Source: a virus (lineage: Duplodnaviria > Caudoviricetes). Taken from it: a stretch of DNA of 64,000 bases. Shown piece after piece: positions 28,890 to 39,051 of the stretch (position 1 is its first letter; the number at the start of each line of letters is the position of its first letter). The DNA lies in IMG/VR virus record IMGVR_UViG_3300017909_004107, positions 32,001 to 96,000 of that record, one strand, 5' to 3'. The notes beneath the pieces were generated by a model. It saw nothing but the letters and a program-made list of their open reading frames with translations. It ran no database searches and had not been told where the DNA came from. The position numbers and the translations under genes were made by a program.

Positions 28890-31145
28890 ATGACAGTATC
28901 AATCGAAATCAAAGGTAATCTTGCTAAACTTCTAGCAACTGAAGACCTTATCATAGAGCATAAACCAGTCGAGACAGCATCATTTGATGTTGACAGAAGA
29001 GTACTTACTCTACCTGTATGGGATAGAGCAAGTGAGACTGTTTACGATATGCTAGTGGCACATGAGGTGGGTCATGCCCTATACACACCTAATAGAGAGT
29101 GGTTCTTAGAACCAGAGTGGAAAACAATACCAAAGGATTATGTCAATGTGGTTGAAGATGCTCGCATTGAAAGACTTATCAAGCAAAGATACAGAGGTCT
29201 CAACAGAGATTTCAAAAATGGATACAATGAATTACATAATGATGATCTATTTGAATTATCAGATCAGAATGTAAATCATTTGAAACCTATTGACAAAATC
29301 AATCTATACTTCAAGATCGGTGGTTACATTGACATTGAGTTCAATGACACTGAGAATGAGTTTGTGACCAGAATATCTAAATGTCAAACATTTGACGAGG
29401 TACTTGTTATATCTAAAGAGATACATGAGTACACTAAAGAAATGCAAGAGCAAATGCAGAAGCAAGCAAATGCCGAGCAAAAAGAGTCCGAAGCACAAGA
29501 TAATGGCAAAGTCGAGTCCAGACCTGACATGTCAAAATCTAATGATGATACTCAAGCACAAAAAGATGAGCAAAAAACTGATACTCAAGGAGAACCAGAA
29601 GAAGAACCAGTACAAAGTAGATCAGACAAATCATTTCCTGATGAAGTAGATGATACTGAACAGGAACAGAAACAGGAAGAGATACAGAATTCTGGGGATA
29701 CTCAAGGTGGAGAGTTCGGAGACATCAATACTGCTACAACTCAGAGATCACTTGATGAGAGTATTGAAGACTTGACCAACACATATAAAGATCAAGTGCC
29801 TACACAATATGTTACTATCCCGAACATGGTTTTGGATAAAGTTGTTGTTGATTTCAATACTATCAAGACATATCTTGATGAACATTTTGTCAAGGAAAAT
29901 ACTACTGACTCATCAAATCAATTCTTGATCGAGCATACAAGAAGATTCAATGATTTCAAGAAGTCCAGTAACAAAGAAGTCAACTATCTTGTCAAAGAGT
30001 TTGAAATGAAAAAATCAGCAGACTCATATTCTAGACAGGCAACAGCAAAGACTGGTATGCTTGACACATCTAAATTGCACACATATATGTACAATGAAGA
30101 TATATTCAGAAAGGTAACAACAATACCTGACGGAAAGAATCATGGTCTTATATTTGTTCTGGACTGGTCAGGTTCAATGAACAGTATACTTGAAGATACT
30201 CTCAAGCAATTATTTCAATTAGTCTGGTTCTGTAAAAAGACTCAAATCCCTTACGAGGTCTACGCTTTTACAAATGATTCATGGCAATTAGGTAAGAGTG
30301 ATGATAATGCTGACCAACCACATTCATCATACAGAAGTGCATCACAGGAAATTCTGGTTGATAAGTGGAAAGAGGGAGACATCAATATTGATGGGTATTT
30401 CCGTATGGTAAACATATTATCATCTAAGGCAAGAACCAAAGATATTGAAAAGCAAATGCTAAACTTGTGGTTGACAAACTGTAGTTTCAAGTATCACTAC
30501 AATCATCATTTCCCACACCCTGCTAAGTTTCATCTATCAGGCACACCATTGAATGAAGCAATCATTTGTACTAAACAATTAGTCAAGCAAATGATGAAGA
30601 AAATCCAGAAGGTACACGTTGTTATCCTGACTGATGGAGAAGCACATCAACCTAGTTACAATGTTGACAGATCAAAATTACATGATGGTTATGGTCTAGA
30701 TCATAAGGGTACAAGATCAATCAATTCAACTTGTATGTTGAGAAATCGTAAGTCAGGAAAGACTTACGGATTGACCTATAGTAATTGTTCATTGAAACTC
30801 ATTGAGTGCATCAAGGACGATCTACCTAATGTCTCATTCATTGCTTTCAGAGTGGTTGAGAGGGGTGGTATGAGATATGTCTGGACTCAGTATGGTATGG
30901 AGACATATCCTGATTACGAGGTCATGAAAGAGCAAATCAAGAAAGGCAATCTTTCACTCACATTGAACTCATACGATAAATTCTTTATGATACCACAGCA
31001 TCATCTAAGTGTGGACTCAGATCAACTAGAACAAGTTGAAGAGGGTGCATCTAAGGGAGAAGTCTCAAAGGCATTTCGTAAGATGTTCAAAAACAAAAAG
31101 ACTAACAAGTTTATGCTCTCAGAGTTTGCGAAAGCAATCGCATAA
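28890..31145 (+). CDS. CobT-like protein: HExxH metallopeptidase-like domain + acidic linker + vWA domain
   Basis: AHEVGHAL, NVVEDARIE, FVLDWSGSM (MIDAS), SGTPLNEA, ILTDGE; partner of the downstream AAA+ ATPase. Confidence 0.85.
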   Translation: MTVSIEIKGNLAKLLATEDLIIEHKPVETASFDVDRRVLTLPVWDRASETVYDMLVAHEVGHALYTPNREWFLEPEWKTIPKDYVNVVEDARIERLIKQRYRGLNRDFKNGYNELHNDDLFELSDQNVNHLKPIDKINLYFKIGGYIDIEFNDTENEFVTRISKCQTFDEVLVISKEIHEYTKEMQEQMQKQANAEQKESEAQDNGKVESRPDMSKSNDDTQAQKDEQKTDTQGEPEEEPVQSRSDKSFPDEVDDTEQEQKQEEIQNSGDTQGGEFGDINTATTQRSLDESIEDLTNTYKDQVPTQYVTIPNMVLDKVVVDFNTIKTYLDEHFVKENTTDSSNQFLIEHTRRFNDFKKSSNKEVNYLVKEFEMKKSADSYSRQATAKTGMLDTSKLHTYMYNEDIFRKVTTIPDGKNHGLIFVLDWSGSMNSILEDTLKQLFQLVWFCKKTQIPYEVYAFTNDSWQLGKSDDNADQPHSSYRSASQEILVDKWKEGDINIDGYFRMVNILSSKARTKDIEKQMLNLWLTNCSFKYHYNHHFPHPAKFHLSGTPLNEAIICTKQLVKQMMKKIQKVHVVILTDGEAHQPSYNVDRSKLHDGYGLDHKGTRSINSTCMLRNRKSGKTYGLTYSNCSLKLIECIKDDLPNVSFIAFRVVERGGMRYVWTQYGMETYPDYEVMKEQIKKGNLSLTLNSYDKFFMIPQHHLSVDSDQLEQVEEGASKGEVSKAFRKMFKNKKTNKFMLSEFAKAIA

Positions 31146-31225
31146 ACCAATCATCAAAGTGGCACATTGCTTATTGCATTGCCACTTTGCCCCAATTACA
31201 ATAAACACATAAGCAATCAATCATT

Positions 31226-32356
31226 ATGCCAAGAACAATCAACTTTGAACCACACTTTGATGCAATCACTTCTAAGTATGGTCAGGAACTAGATGCTGAT
31301 ATGGTCAAGGAGTATGTTGCAAACAATCCTGACGTATCCTATCAGACTGTCACTAAGTACCTAAACAAATGGAAAATATCTAGAGGTAAGTGGAATATCA
31401 AGACACCACAACAAGAGACTCAGATACCAACTGCTACATTCCAAGTACAGCAACCACAATCAACTAAACTCACAAAGACTGAGAAAGTTGAACAGAATCT
31501 TATCCCTGCAAAGGATAACACATTCATTCCTTTTGGCAACTTCCCTGCACTCAAGAAAGTAATCGCATCTAGGGAGTTCTATCCTACATTCATCACTGGT
31601 ATGAGTGGCAATGGTAAGACATTCGGTGTTGAGCAAGCATGCTCTCAGTTGAACAGAGAACTTATCAGAGTCAACATTACAGTCGAGACTGACGAGGACG
31701 ATTTGATCGGTGGTTTCAGACTTGTCAATGGTCAAACAGTATGGCACAATGGTGCTGTTGTTGAAGCGTTAGAGCGTGGTGCAATCTTATTACTTGATGA
31801 GATCGATCTAGCATCAAACAAGATACTATGCTTACAACCCATACTAGAGGGCAAAGGTCTGTTTCTCAAGAAGATTGGCGAGTACATCAAACCTGCTAAA
31901 GGATTCAATGTCATTGCTACTGCTAACACAAAGGGTAAGGGTTCTGATGATGGTCGTTTCATAGGTACTAACATACTCAATGAAGCGTTCCTTGAGAGAT
32001 TCCCTATCACATTCGAGCAAGAGTATCCTACAGTCGTGACTGAGAAAAAGATACTTACAAGATTATGTGAAGAGATCGGCATACCACTTACAGGAGATCA
32101 CAAAGGATTCATTGACTACCTATGTGACTGGAGTGATATTGTAAGACGTACATTCAAAGACGGTGGTGTTGATGAAATCATATCCACTCGTAGACTCGTT
32201 CACATCATGAGAGCATATCAAATCTTCGGCGATAAAGTCAAAGCAATGCAAATGTGTCTCAACAGATTTGATGACGAGACTAAAGAGTCATTCATGCAAC
32301 TCTATACTAAACTAGACGAGCATATCAAGTCAGAAGAGAATGTTACCGAGTCGTAA
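31226..32356 (+). CDS. cobS: CobS/MoxR-family AAA+ ATPase
   Basis: Walker A GMSGNGKT, Walker B LLLDEID, ATANTKGKG, NEAFLERF, STRRL. Confidence 0.92.
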   Translation: MPRTINFEPHFDAITSKYGQELDADMVKEYVANNPDVSYQTVTKYLNKWKISRGKWNIKTPQQETQIPTATFQVQQPQSTKLTKTEKVEQNLIPAKDNTFIPFGNFPALKKVIASREFYPTFITGMSGNGKTFGVEQACSQLNRELIRVNITVETDEDDLIGGFRLVNGQTVWHNGAVVEALERGAILLLDEIDLASNKILCLQPILEGKGLFLKKIGEYIKPAKGFNVIATANTKGKGSDDGRFIGTNILNEAFLERFPITFEQEYPTVVTEKKILTRLCEEIGIPLTGDHKGFIDYLCDWSDIVRRTFKDGGVDEIISTRRLVHIMRAYQIFGDKVKAMQMCLNRFDDETKESFMQLYTKLDEHIKSEENVTES

Positions 32357-32363
32357 CATTCCC

Positions 32364-32392
32364 TTGACAGGGTAAACCAAACCTGTCATAAT
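32364..32392 (+). promoter_or_regulatory. Sigma70-type promoter TTGACA-N17-CATAAT
   Basis: Read directly; embedded in the TGACAGG/CCTGTCA inverted repeat. Confidence 0.75.
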
Positions 32393-32474
32393 GAGTATGT
32401 CAGTCAAGGTTTTGATTGATGACTGTTGACTGACAAACTCTTTCGAGTCCTGTCGTATGACCTAAAACTAGGCA

Positions 32475-32714
32475 TTGAAAACTTACAACATTATGATTAT
32501 GCAAATCACAGGTTCTTCCGCTATCGCAAACGTAAACTTCAAAGACGCTAGTCTTGTTGGTATCACATTCACATCACAAGATACTGAATATGATTTCCTT
32601 GCGAAGGATTCAAACCTTGTTCGTAATGAACTAAGTAATGCTATCTCTAAGGGAGACAGCGTTGGTAAGTTGATCGCTTCATACAGAAGAGAAGGTCAAC
32701 TAACAGAAGTGTAA
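32475..32714 (+). CDS. Small KTSC-like protein (true start probably a downstream ATG near 32493-32499)
   Basis: SSAIANVNF...VGITFTS..EYDF...LSNAISKGDSVGKLIASYRR resembles the KTSC pattern. Confidence 0.5.
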   Translation: MKTYNIMIMQITGSSAIANVNFKDASLVGITFTSQDTEYDFLAKDSNLVRNELSNAISKGDSVGKLIASYRREGQLTEV

Positions 32715-32770
32715 TCTAGAATTACACAAAGACAATTGAATATTTTGATACTAGCATAATCTCGCAAAGC

Positions 32771-32797
32771 AAACCCACTCACAAGGTGGGTTTTCTT
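32771..32797 (+). terminator. Intrinsic terminator
   Basis: AAACCCAC-loop-GTGGGTTT followed by TCTT. Confidence 0.65.
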
Positions 32798-32877
32798 ATG
32801 CCAATTTATATACTGGTACGAACTGGTTGTTATAGCATAACAATTATACTATAATGAGTATATCAATCAAACATACA

Positions 32878-33402
32878 ATGATTACAGCAAAAGACATTTT
32901 ACAATTCAAGACACACAAAGTTTCTCTACAAGAAAGTAAGAGTTGTATCTACAATGGTAGTCCGTTTCAAATCTACAAACAAATGAGTAGTAAGAAGAAA
33001 GGGGCAAGGTTCGAGGGTATTGTACAAGAGTATTGCACAAACTTAGGATACAAAGTTACAAAACCAGATAACTCAGATCATGATAGAAAGATCAACAATA
33101 TCAAGGTTGAGATCAAGGGTTCAATGTTATGGTCTAATCCACAGTTTTTCCGTTGGCAACAATTACGACCGCATCAAGATTATGATGTTGTTATATTCCT
33201 TGCAATATTCCCACAACAAATAGAATTCTATGGGTGTACAAAACAAGATATAAAAGATCATCTTGAAATACAGGACGAGAAGGGCAACTGGATACACAAC
33301 CAACATGGAGGACTCAAGGTCAACTCAGGCACATTCTTTTTGGATAGTGACGGTCTAACCATACCCACATGGTTCAAATCAATCAAAGAGGTATTACAAT
33401 GA
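32878..33402 (+). CDS. Putative PD-(D/E)xK restriction-type endonuclease
   Basis: KGARFE...DHD...KVEIKGS...FRWQQLRP.QDYD; ATG 32878 follows promoter -10 at 32850; ATGA overlap with the MTase. Confidence 0.65.
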   Translation: MITAKDILQFKTHKVSLQESKSCIYNGSPFQIYKQMSSKKKGARFEGIVQEYCTNLGYKVTKPDNSDHDRKINNIKVEIKGSMLWSNPQFFRWQQLRPHQDYDVVIFLAIFPQQIEFYGCTKQDIKDHLEIQDEKGNWIHNQHGGLKVNSGTFFLDSDGLTIPTWFKSIKEVLQ

Positions 33403-34187
33403 AACTCAACACAATTACAAACTCAGACTGTTTGAAGTATCTAAAGAAACTACCAGACAACTCAGTTGATCTCGTATTGACTGACCCGCCATACTTCATA
33501 GGATTTGACGGTGGTAAGGGTTGGGATAGTCAATGGAAGAGTGACAGGGAGTACATTCAATGGTGTATAGAGTGGACTAAGGAGTGTGTCAGGGTACTCA
33601 AGGACGAGCGTATGCTCGTTGTATGGGGTACTCTCAAGACTGAAGCGTTCTTGCTATACAAACTAGCACTCAATCGTATGGAAGGTATCAAACCACAGAA
33701 TGAGATCATTTGGTCTTATAACTGGGGTGGTAGGTCTAAGGATAACTTTGCTCGTAAACATGAGTATGCTTGGTGCTATTCGACAGGTGATAAATTTTTA
33801 TTCAACGGTGATGATGTAAGAATTGATCGTAAGATGAATACTAACATAAGAACTGGATTACAGCATACAAAGGGAACTATACCAACATGTGTATGGGAGA
33901 AGAACAATCACACAACCAGTAAGGACTATATCGGTTGGCATGCTACAACTAAGAACATTGATATACTGTCAAGAATAATCAAGGCATATACAAATGTCAA
34001 TGATGTGGTTCTGGACTGTTTCATGGGTTCTGGAAGTACAGCAGTTGCAAGTATCAGGACTGGACGTAACTTCATAGGGTGTGAAAGAGATAAAGAATAC
34101 TACACAAAGGCAAAGAAACGTATTTGTGACAGTCAAAAAAGTGACACTAAAAACTTGTCTAAGGCAAGTCTAGCGTCTATACTATAG
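33399..34187 (+). CDS. Beta-class N6-adenine/N4-cytosine DNA methyltransferase
   Basis: TDPPY catalytic motif precedes LDCFMGSGST SAM-binding motif; start 33399 overlaps the nuclease stop. Confidence 0.92.
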   Translation: MKLNTITNSDCLKYLKKLPDNSVDLVLTDPPYFIGFDGGKGWDSQWKSDREYIQWCIEWTKECVRVLKDERMLVVWGTLKTEAFLLYKLALNRMEGIKPQNEIIWSYNWGGRSKDNFARKHEYAWCYSTGDKFLFNGDDVRIDRKMNTNIRTGLQHTKGTIPTCVWEKNNHTTSKDYIGWHATTKNIDILSRIIKAYTNVNDVVLDCFMGSGSTAVASIRTGRNFIGCERDKEYYTKAKKRICDSQKSDTKNLSKASLASIL

Positions 34188-36525
34188 ACATGTACAGGAG
34201 TTACACCTATGAGACAATTCACAGTTTCAGCACTTCTTGAAGGATATAGGGTGGAAGAGACTGTAACAGCAGTTTCTATTCATCATGCTATCAGAATCAT
34301 GAAGGCAAAGTATGGCAATTCTGCTAGAAACATTTACGTCCTAAACTAATCAATCAAATGAACAGAACTAAACAACAACTTCAGAGAGACATTCAATTCT
34401 GCAGAAATGTCTTAGGTCTTACTGACGAGCAAACCGATCAAATGATTATGGTCTGCGACAAATTGAAAATAGGTGCAGAGTATTTCTCAGAGGAATTCGT
34501 ATTCGAGGGAGACGGTATTCAATCTATTATCAGACTCAATGACCCTGACTATCTCAAAATCACATGGAGACTAGAATGAAACTAGACATCAACAAAGAGG
34601 AACAGCAAATCTTATTAGATGCTATGATGTTCTACTTCACATTCTACTATTACAATACAAAAGGTCATACAACAGACAACCTCGTTGACCAGTATAGTGT
34701 ATGGTATGAGAAACTCACTCGTCAAGAGACAAAATCAATTTTTGAAAAGGTATTTCATGGAACTTAGAAAAGATAGCTAGGTCAATTCAAAGACTGACAC
34801 ACAATCGGTTGCTATTCTATTGTAACCGATTATTATAATACTATAGCAATCAATCAATCATGGCAATGACACCTCGACAATTCATGGAAGAAGTTTACGA
34901 GATAGCGTATGGCGATCAAGCATACTATCGTGGTTTCTTTCCAGAAGAAGTGCTAGAAACACTCAGAGAATTTTCAGATAATGCTCTCAAGGTCGAAGAG
35001 TTGAGTCTAGAACCCGAACAGTATGAAGACATGGATAGGCAACTCGAAGAGTCTTACCGCAGAGGATACATGGACGGTCGTAAATTTGCATTACAGCAAC
35101 AAGAATCATGAAACAGTACACTATTACAGCAATCAAAGAGTATGAATACACTAAGACAGTTTTCGCTGAAAACCTCGTTGATGCACATGTCAAGGCATTT
35201 GAGAAACCAGAAGACCCAGAGGACGATTGGCAACTTATTACTGACCCTGACTATGATGACCACAACCCTTACAACATTTCACTAATTGAGGAATCATGAC
35301 TCTACCATTGAAAACAGTCACTTACACATTTGATGAACTACACGCTTTTAGCGAACACGTTACTTGGTGCATCATGGAACAAGATCAACCAGTAGATGAC
35401 AACCTACAATCGTTTATCGACAAAACTTTATACGATAATCAATTATGAAAGTCTACACTCTACTATTGACAGAAGGCGAGATCAATTCGTTGAAAGATCG
35501 TCTTGAGTCAGACAACTACGTCAATTATGACAATGATCTCAAATCAGTAGTTGAAAAGATCGGGTATTTCTTTGAACCCGAAAACACTTACAATGACATT
35601 CCTGAGAGGTATTGAACATGGACAAACTAACTAAAGAACAATTTGACACACTCAAAGAGTTATATGTTGAAAGACTCGTTGATAATATGTCAACAAAAGA
35701 CCTCGTGAATTATGTTATGACTGACTTATCAGAGTGGGTTGACGGTCTCGGATATACTGAAGCAATGAATGAATTTGAGAACTACTGGCAAGAATACTTC
35801 ACAGATACGATAAATGAGGTGCTAGAGGGTCAGATATAAAAGTGTCATCATATCGTTGACTTATAGTATCATAACGTTTATTATAAGAGTAATTCAATCA
35901 ATCACATGAACTCAGGAACAGCAGAAAGAGATCTAAACCAAGAACTCAAAGATTTTATCGATTATGTTTTTTCGTTTTATGGAGACGTTGACCCTGTTTA
36001 TCCTATGAGAAAAGTTATTGGAGACGCTCCACTCAATAAGAGTGATATTCTAGATGCTACCTATGACTACCTATCAGCAATTTCTAAGAGAAATTCTGAG
36101 ACTTACACATGGGGCGAGGGCGATAGTCTTGATCGTGAAAGAGTGAGAGATATTCTATTACAGAATTACGATTTCTACCTCGTTCATTTACAGCATGGTA
36201 ACATTTGATACCATAGCAGAAATTCGTTGAAATTGGTAGTTGACATACTCAAGACTACCATATAATATAAAAGTAATCAATCAATCAAACAATCATGGCA
36301 AAAACAAAACTAATCACAGTTGACGGATTCACACTAGATGAGCGTTACAGAGTCAGTTTACAATGGTGCGGTCACGCTTATCCATTATGGGTTGCAACAT
36401 TTTGTGATGATGAGATTCTAGGGTGGTATAAAACTGAAGATGAAGCGAAAACCGCATGCCTAGTTTATAGAAAATCTCAAGTCAAGTCACTCAATTTTAC
36501 TTGGGACTAATCAATTTCGATTATG

Positions 36526-36567
36526 GTATCATTTGATACAACATTATGATACCATAACCATTATAAT
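36526..36567 (+). promoter_or_regulatory. NtcA-type promoter
   Basis: GTATCATTTGATAC-N22-TATAAT. Confidence 0.75.
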
Positions 36568-36754
36568 AGAAACATCAATCAATTCAAAAACTATGATCCA
36601 ATTAGGCATGTATGTAAATCACAAAATCCATGATGATCTCAACGGAAGTGAGGTTATATTATTGGATAGAGTGACTAATACCGCAGTCATAAAAAACTGG
36701 TTCGACGAATTTGATTTTCAGACTATAGAAGTATTTTTATCAGATTTGGAAATG

Positions 36755-36796
36755 GTATAATCTGATACAACACAATAATACAATACCCACTATAAT
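36755..36796 (+). promoter_or_regulatory. NtcA-type promoter
   Basis: GTATAATCTGATAC-N22-TATAAT. Confidence 0.75.
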
Positions 36797-37177
36797 AGAA
36801 ACATCAATCAATCAATCAATCACTATGGACGCTTATCAAAAAAGAATTCTCTACGCTATCAACAAAAGAGAATCATGCAGTCTAAGAAATCACGTTACAG
36901 TATGGAACAGTTATCATACAGGCAACGAATTTACAAGTGCTATCAGAGTACAAAACAAGACAGTTGCAACTGTTCACTATAAACTTAGTCATGATGACCT
37001 ATCTGTCAACATACATGGGGGAACATCAAAAGATTTTGATGATATGATGAAAAATGATAAATGGGAGATCGAAGAGTTATTTGTAAATGAGCAGGCAGTT
37101 CAACGTTGTTTAGGTACTCAGGCAAGAAGAGTTGTAAATTTCTTGAATCAGGCACTTTTTACCTAATTTCTAAAATG

Positions 37178-37219
37178 GTATCAAATGATACAACATTATG
37201 ATACCATAACCACTATAAT
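37178..37219 (+). promoter_or_regulatory. NtcA-type promoter
   Basis: GTATCAAATGATAC-N22-TATAAT. Confidence 0.75.
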
Positions 37220-38072
37220 AGAAACATCAATCAATCATTATTATGTTTGTAATTTACACCAGTCCAGTCAAATTTACGACTGACGAAAATCACGCTCGCA
37301 TTATTGCTGAAGATCACTTTCAGCAAACTCGCGAAATAGTTGCTATCGAAGAAATCGATACAACAAAAGAATTTTATACAACATCACTATAGGAGGTTTT
37401 TACAATGTCAGTTTTACATCATGAGGGCATACTTGAAACTTGTTTTGAAGATGCTTATGAGTCTTTCAGAATCGAAAACAATTATACAATTTCAGAAATG
37501 GAAGATTTGTATATTGAGAATCAAAACCTTAGAATGAGACTAGAAGAAGTTGCTACACAGTTATTTGAGGATAAATGCCAGTAACTAACCAATTCTATAA
37601 ATCATTCTCTCAAATCGGAATAGGGGATAAAGTCAAGTATCTCACAATAGATTATCAGGTTATCATGAGATTTGACACTAATGAATGTGTTGTATTACAT
37701 AATGATCTAGGCAATATTTCAACCTATAACTGGGAAGAACTTGAAATAATTGACCTAATGAATGAGTAACTCATATTTTACTTGTTTAGAGAGTCGAAAG
37801 AAATTTATTGACATTCGACTCTTATCCACTATAATGTAAGTAAATCAATCAATCACTCAAATGTTCACAAAAACAACTAAGTCTCAAGCGATCGAACAAT
37901 TCAAGTATAATTGGAAGGTTTACACGCTAAGATGCAAACGTGAAGGTTTACCAGTCACAAAACTAGCAAAAGTTTTTGCATGGAATGATTATACTGAATT
38001 TCTTGCAAGTGATGGATACATTACTGAATGGCAAAGAGCAAACTGGACAAATCCCTACGAATATCGAAATTA

Positions 38073-38114
38073 GTATCGAATGATACTAGACAAACGTCCA
38101 GAATCCACTATAAT
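38073..38114 (+). promoter_or_regulatory. NtcA-type promoter
   Basis: GTATCGAATGATAC-N22-TATAAT. Confidence 0.75.
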
Positions 38115-38497
38115 AACAGTATAGCAATCAATCAATCAATCAATCATGACAACACTAAAATCAATTCTACTCGACGCAATCAATCAAGACTTAGAATCAA
38201 GCGATTACTCTAACAATGCTATACTCGATAATACTGACTCTAAAAACTGGTCAGACTCAGATAAATTTGAATGGTGCTTCGATCGCTACATGATCGAGGT
38301 AGGTGGTTATGAAAGTCTAGAATATTGGTTTTCAGGTTTAGCACTTAGTGGAATTCCATTTACATATTATGAGATCGGAAAGTTAGGATTCAATACTGAT
38401 ACATTCTTTCAAGATTTATCTGACGAATTGCAGAGAATTACAGGATACAGCGATAGAAAAGCATATAAGAGAAAGTTGAGAGCATAAAAAAAGATAT

Positions 38498-38536
38498 AGG
38501 GAACTGGTTGACAGTTCCCTTTTTTTCCCTTATAAT
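38498..38536 (+). promoter_or_regulatory. Consensus sigma70 promoter overlapping an intrinsic terminator
   Basis: TTGACA(38508)-N17-TATAAT(38531); AGGGAACTG/CAGTTCCCT stem followed by a T run. Confidence 0.85.
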
Positions 38537-39022
38537 AAAGTATATCAATCAATCAATCAAAAAAATGGAATTCAATCTTACTGAACTTACAAACAAGTCT
38601 TATATCTGGAGTACATTTTCAAAAGTGTCTCAAGATACATCTCTCATCATGAGAATGAATTGCACACAAAAGAGTGGTAACACAGAAACAAGAGTCAGGC
38701 AAGACGGTAGTCGTATTGTAGACGTATTTCTACATGGTAACCTCATCTGTTCATACAATCCTACAAACTACGATAATCAGAAAGTCAAATTATTCTCAGC
38801 AGGTTACTACACAAAAACAACAAAAGAACGACTCAATGCAATTTTACACTTACATACGAATGGTAAGGTTAGAATCGTACAAGTTAGAGGTAAGTGGATA
38901 GTCAGAGATTCAAATACTGGTGCAGAGATCAATTTCTACGACGGCATGGTAGTATTTCAAAAACCTCTAACACTAGCAGATATTGAGGAAACAAAACAAT
39001 TAGAATTTATACCAGTATAGGG

Positions 39023-39051
39023 TTGACATACTCACATATAACCCTTATAAT
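39023..39051 (+). promoter_or_regulatory. Consensus sigma70 promoter
   Basis: TTGACA-N17-TATAAT. Confidence 0.85.

Noticed and set aside
31226-32356. cobS as evidence of cobalamin biosynthesis
   Set aside because: No other cob genes; the motifs only support a MoxR-type AAA+ ATPase
36520-38150. Recurrent ~60-nt repeats separated by unique sequence (CRISPR-like at first glance)
   Set aside because: The 'spacers' are ORFs several hundred nt long and variable in length, the repeats are promoter/leader cassettes, and no cas genes are present
36533-38564. Track start sites at 36533 and 38508, and ORFs 37340-37537 and 38028-38213
   Set aside because: The starts fall inside promoter elements; better ATGs follow the TCAA leaders (36593, 38565), and other frames (37243, 37405, 38146) explain the region
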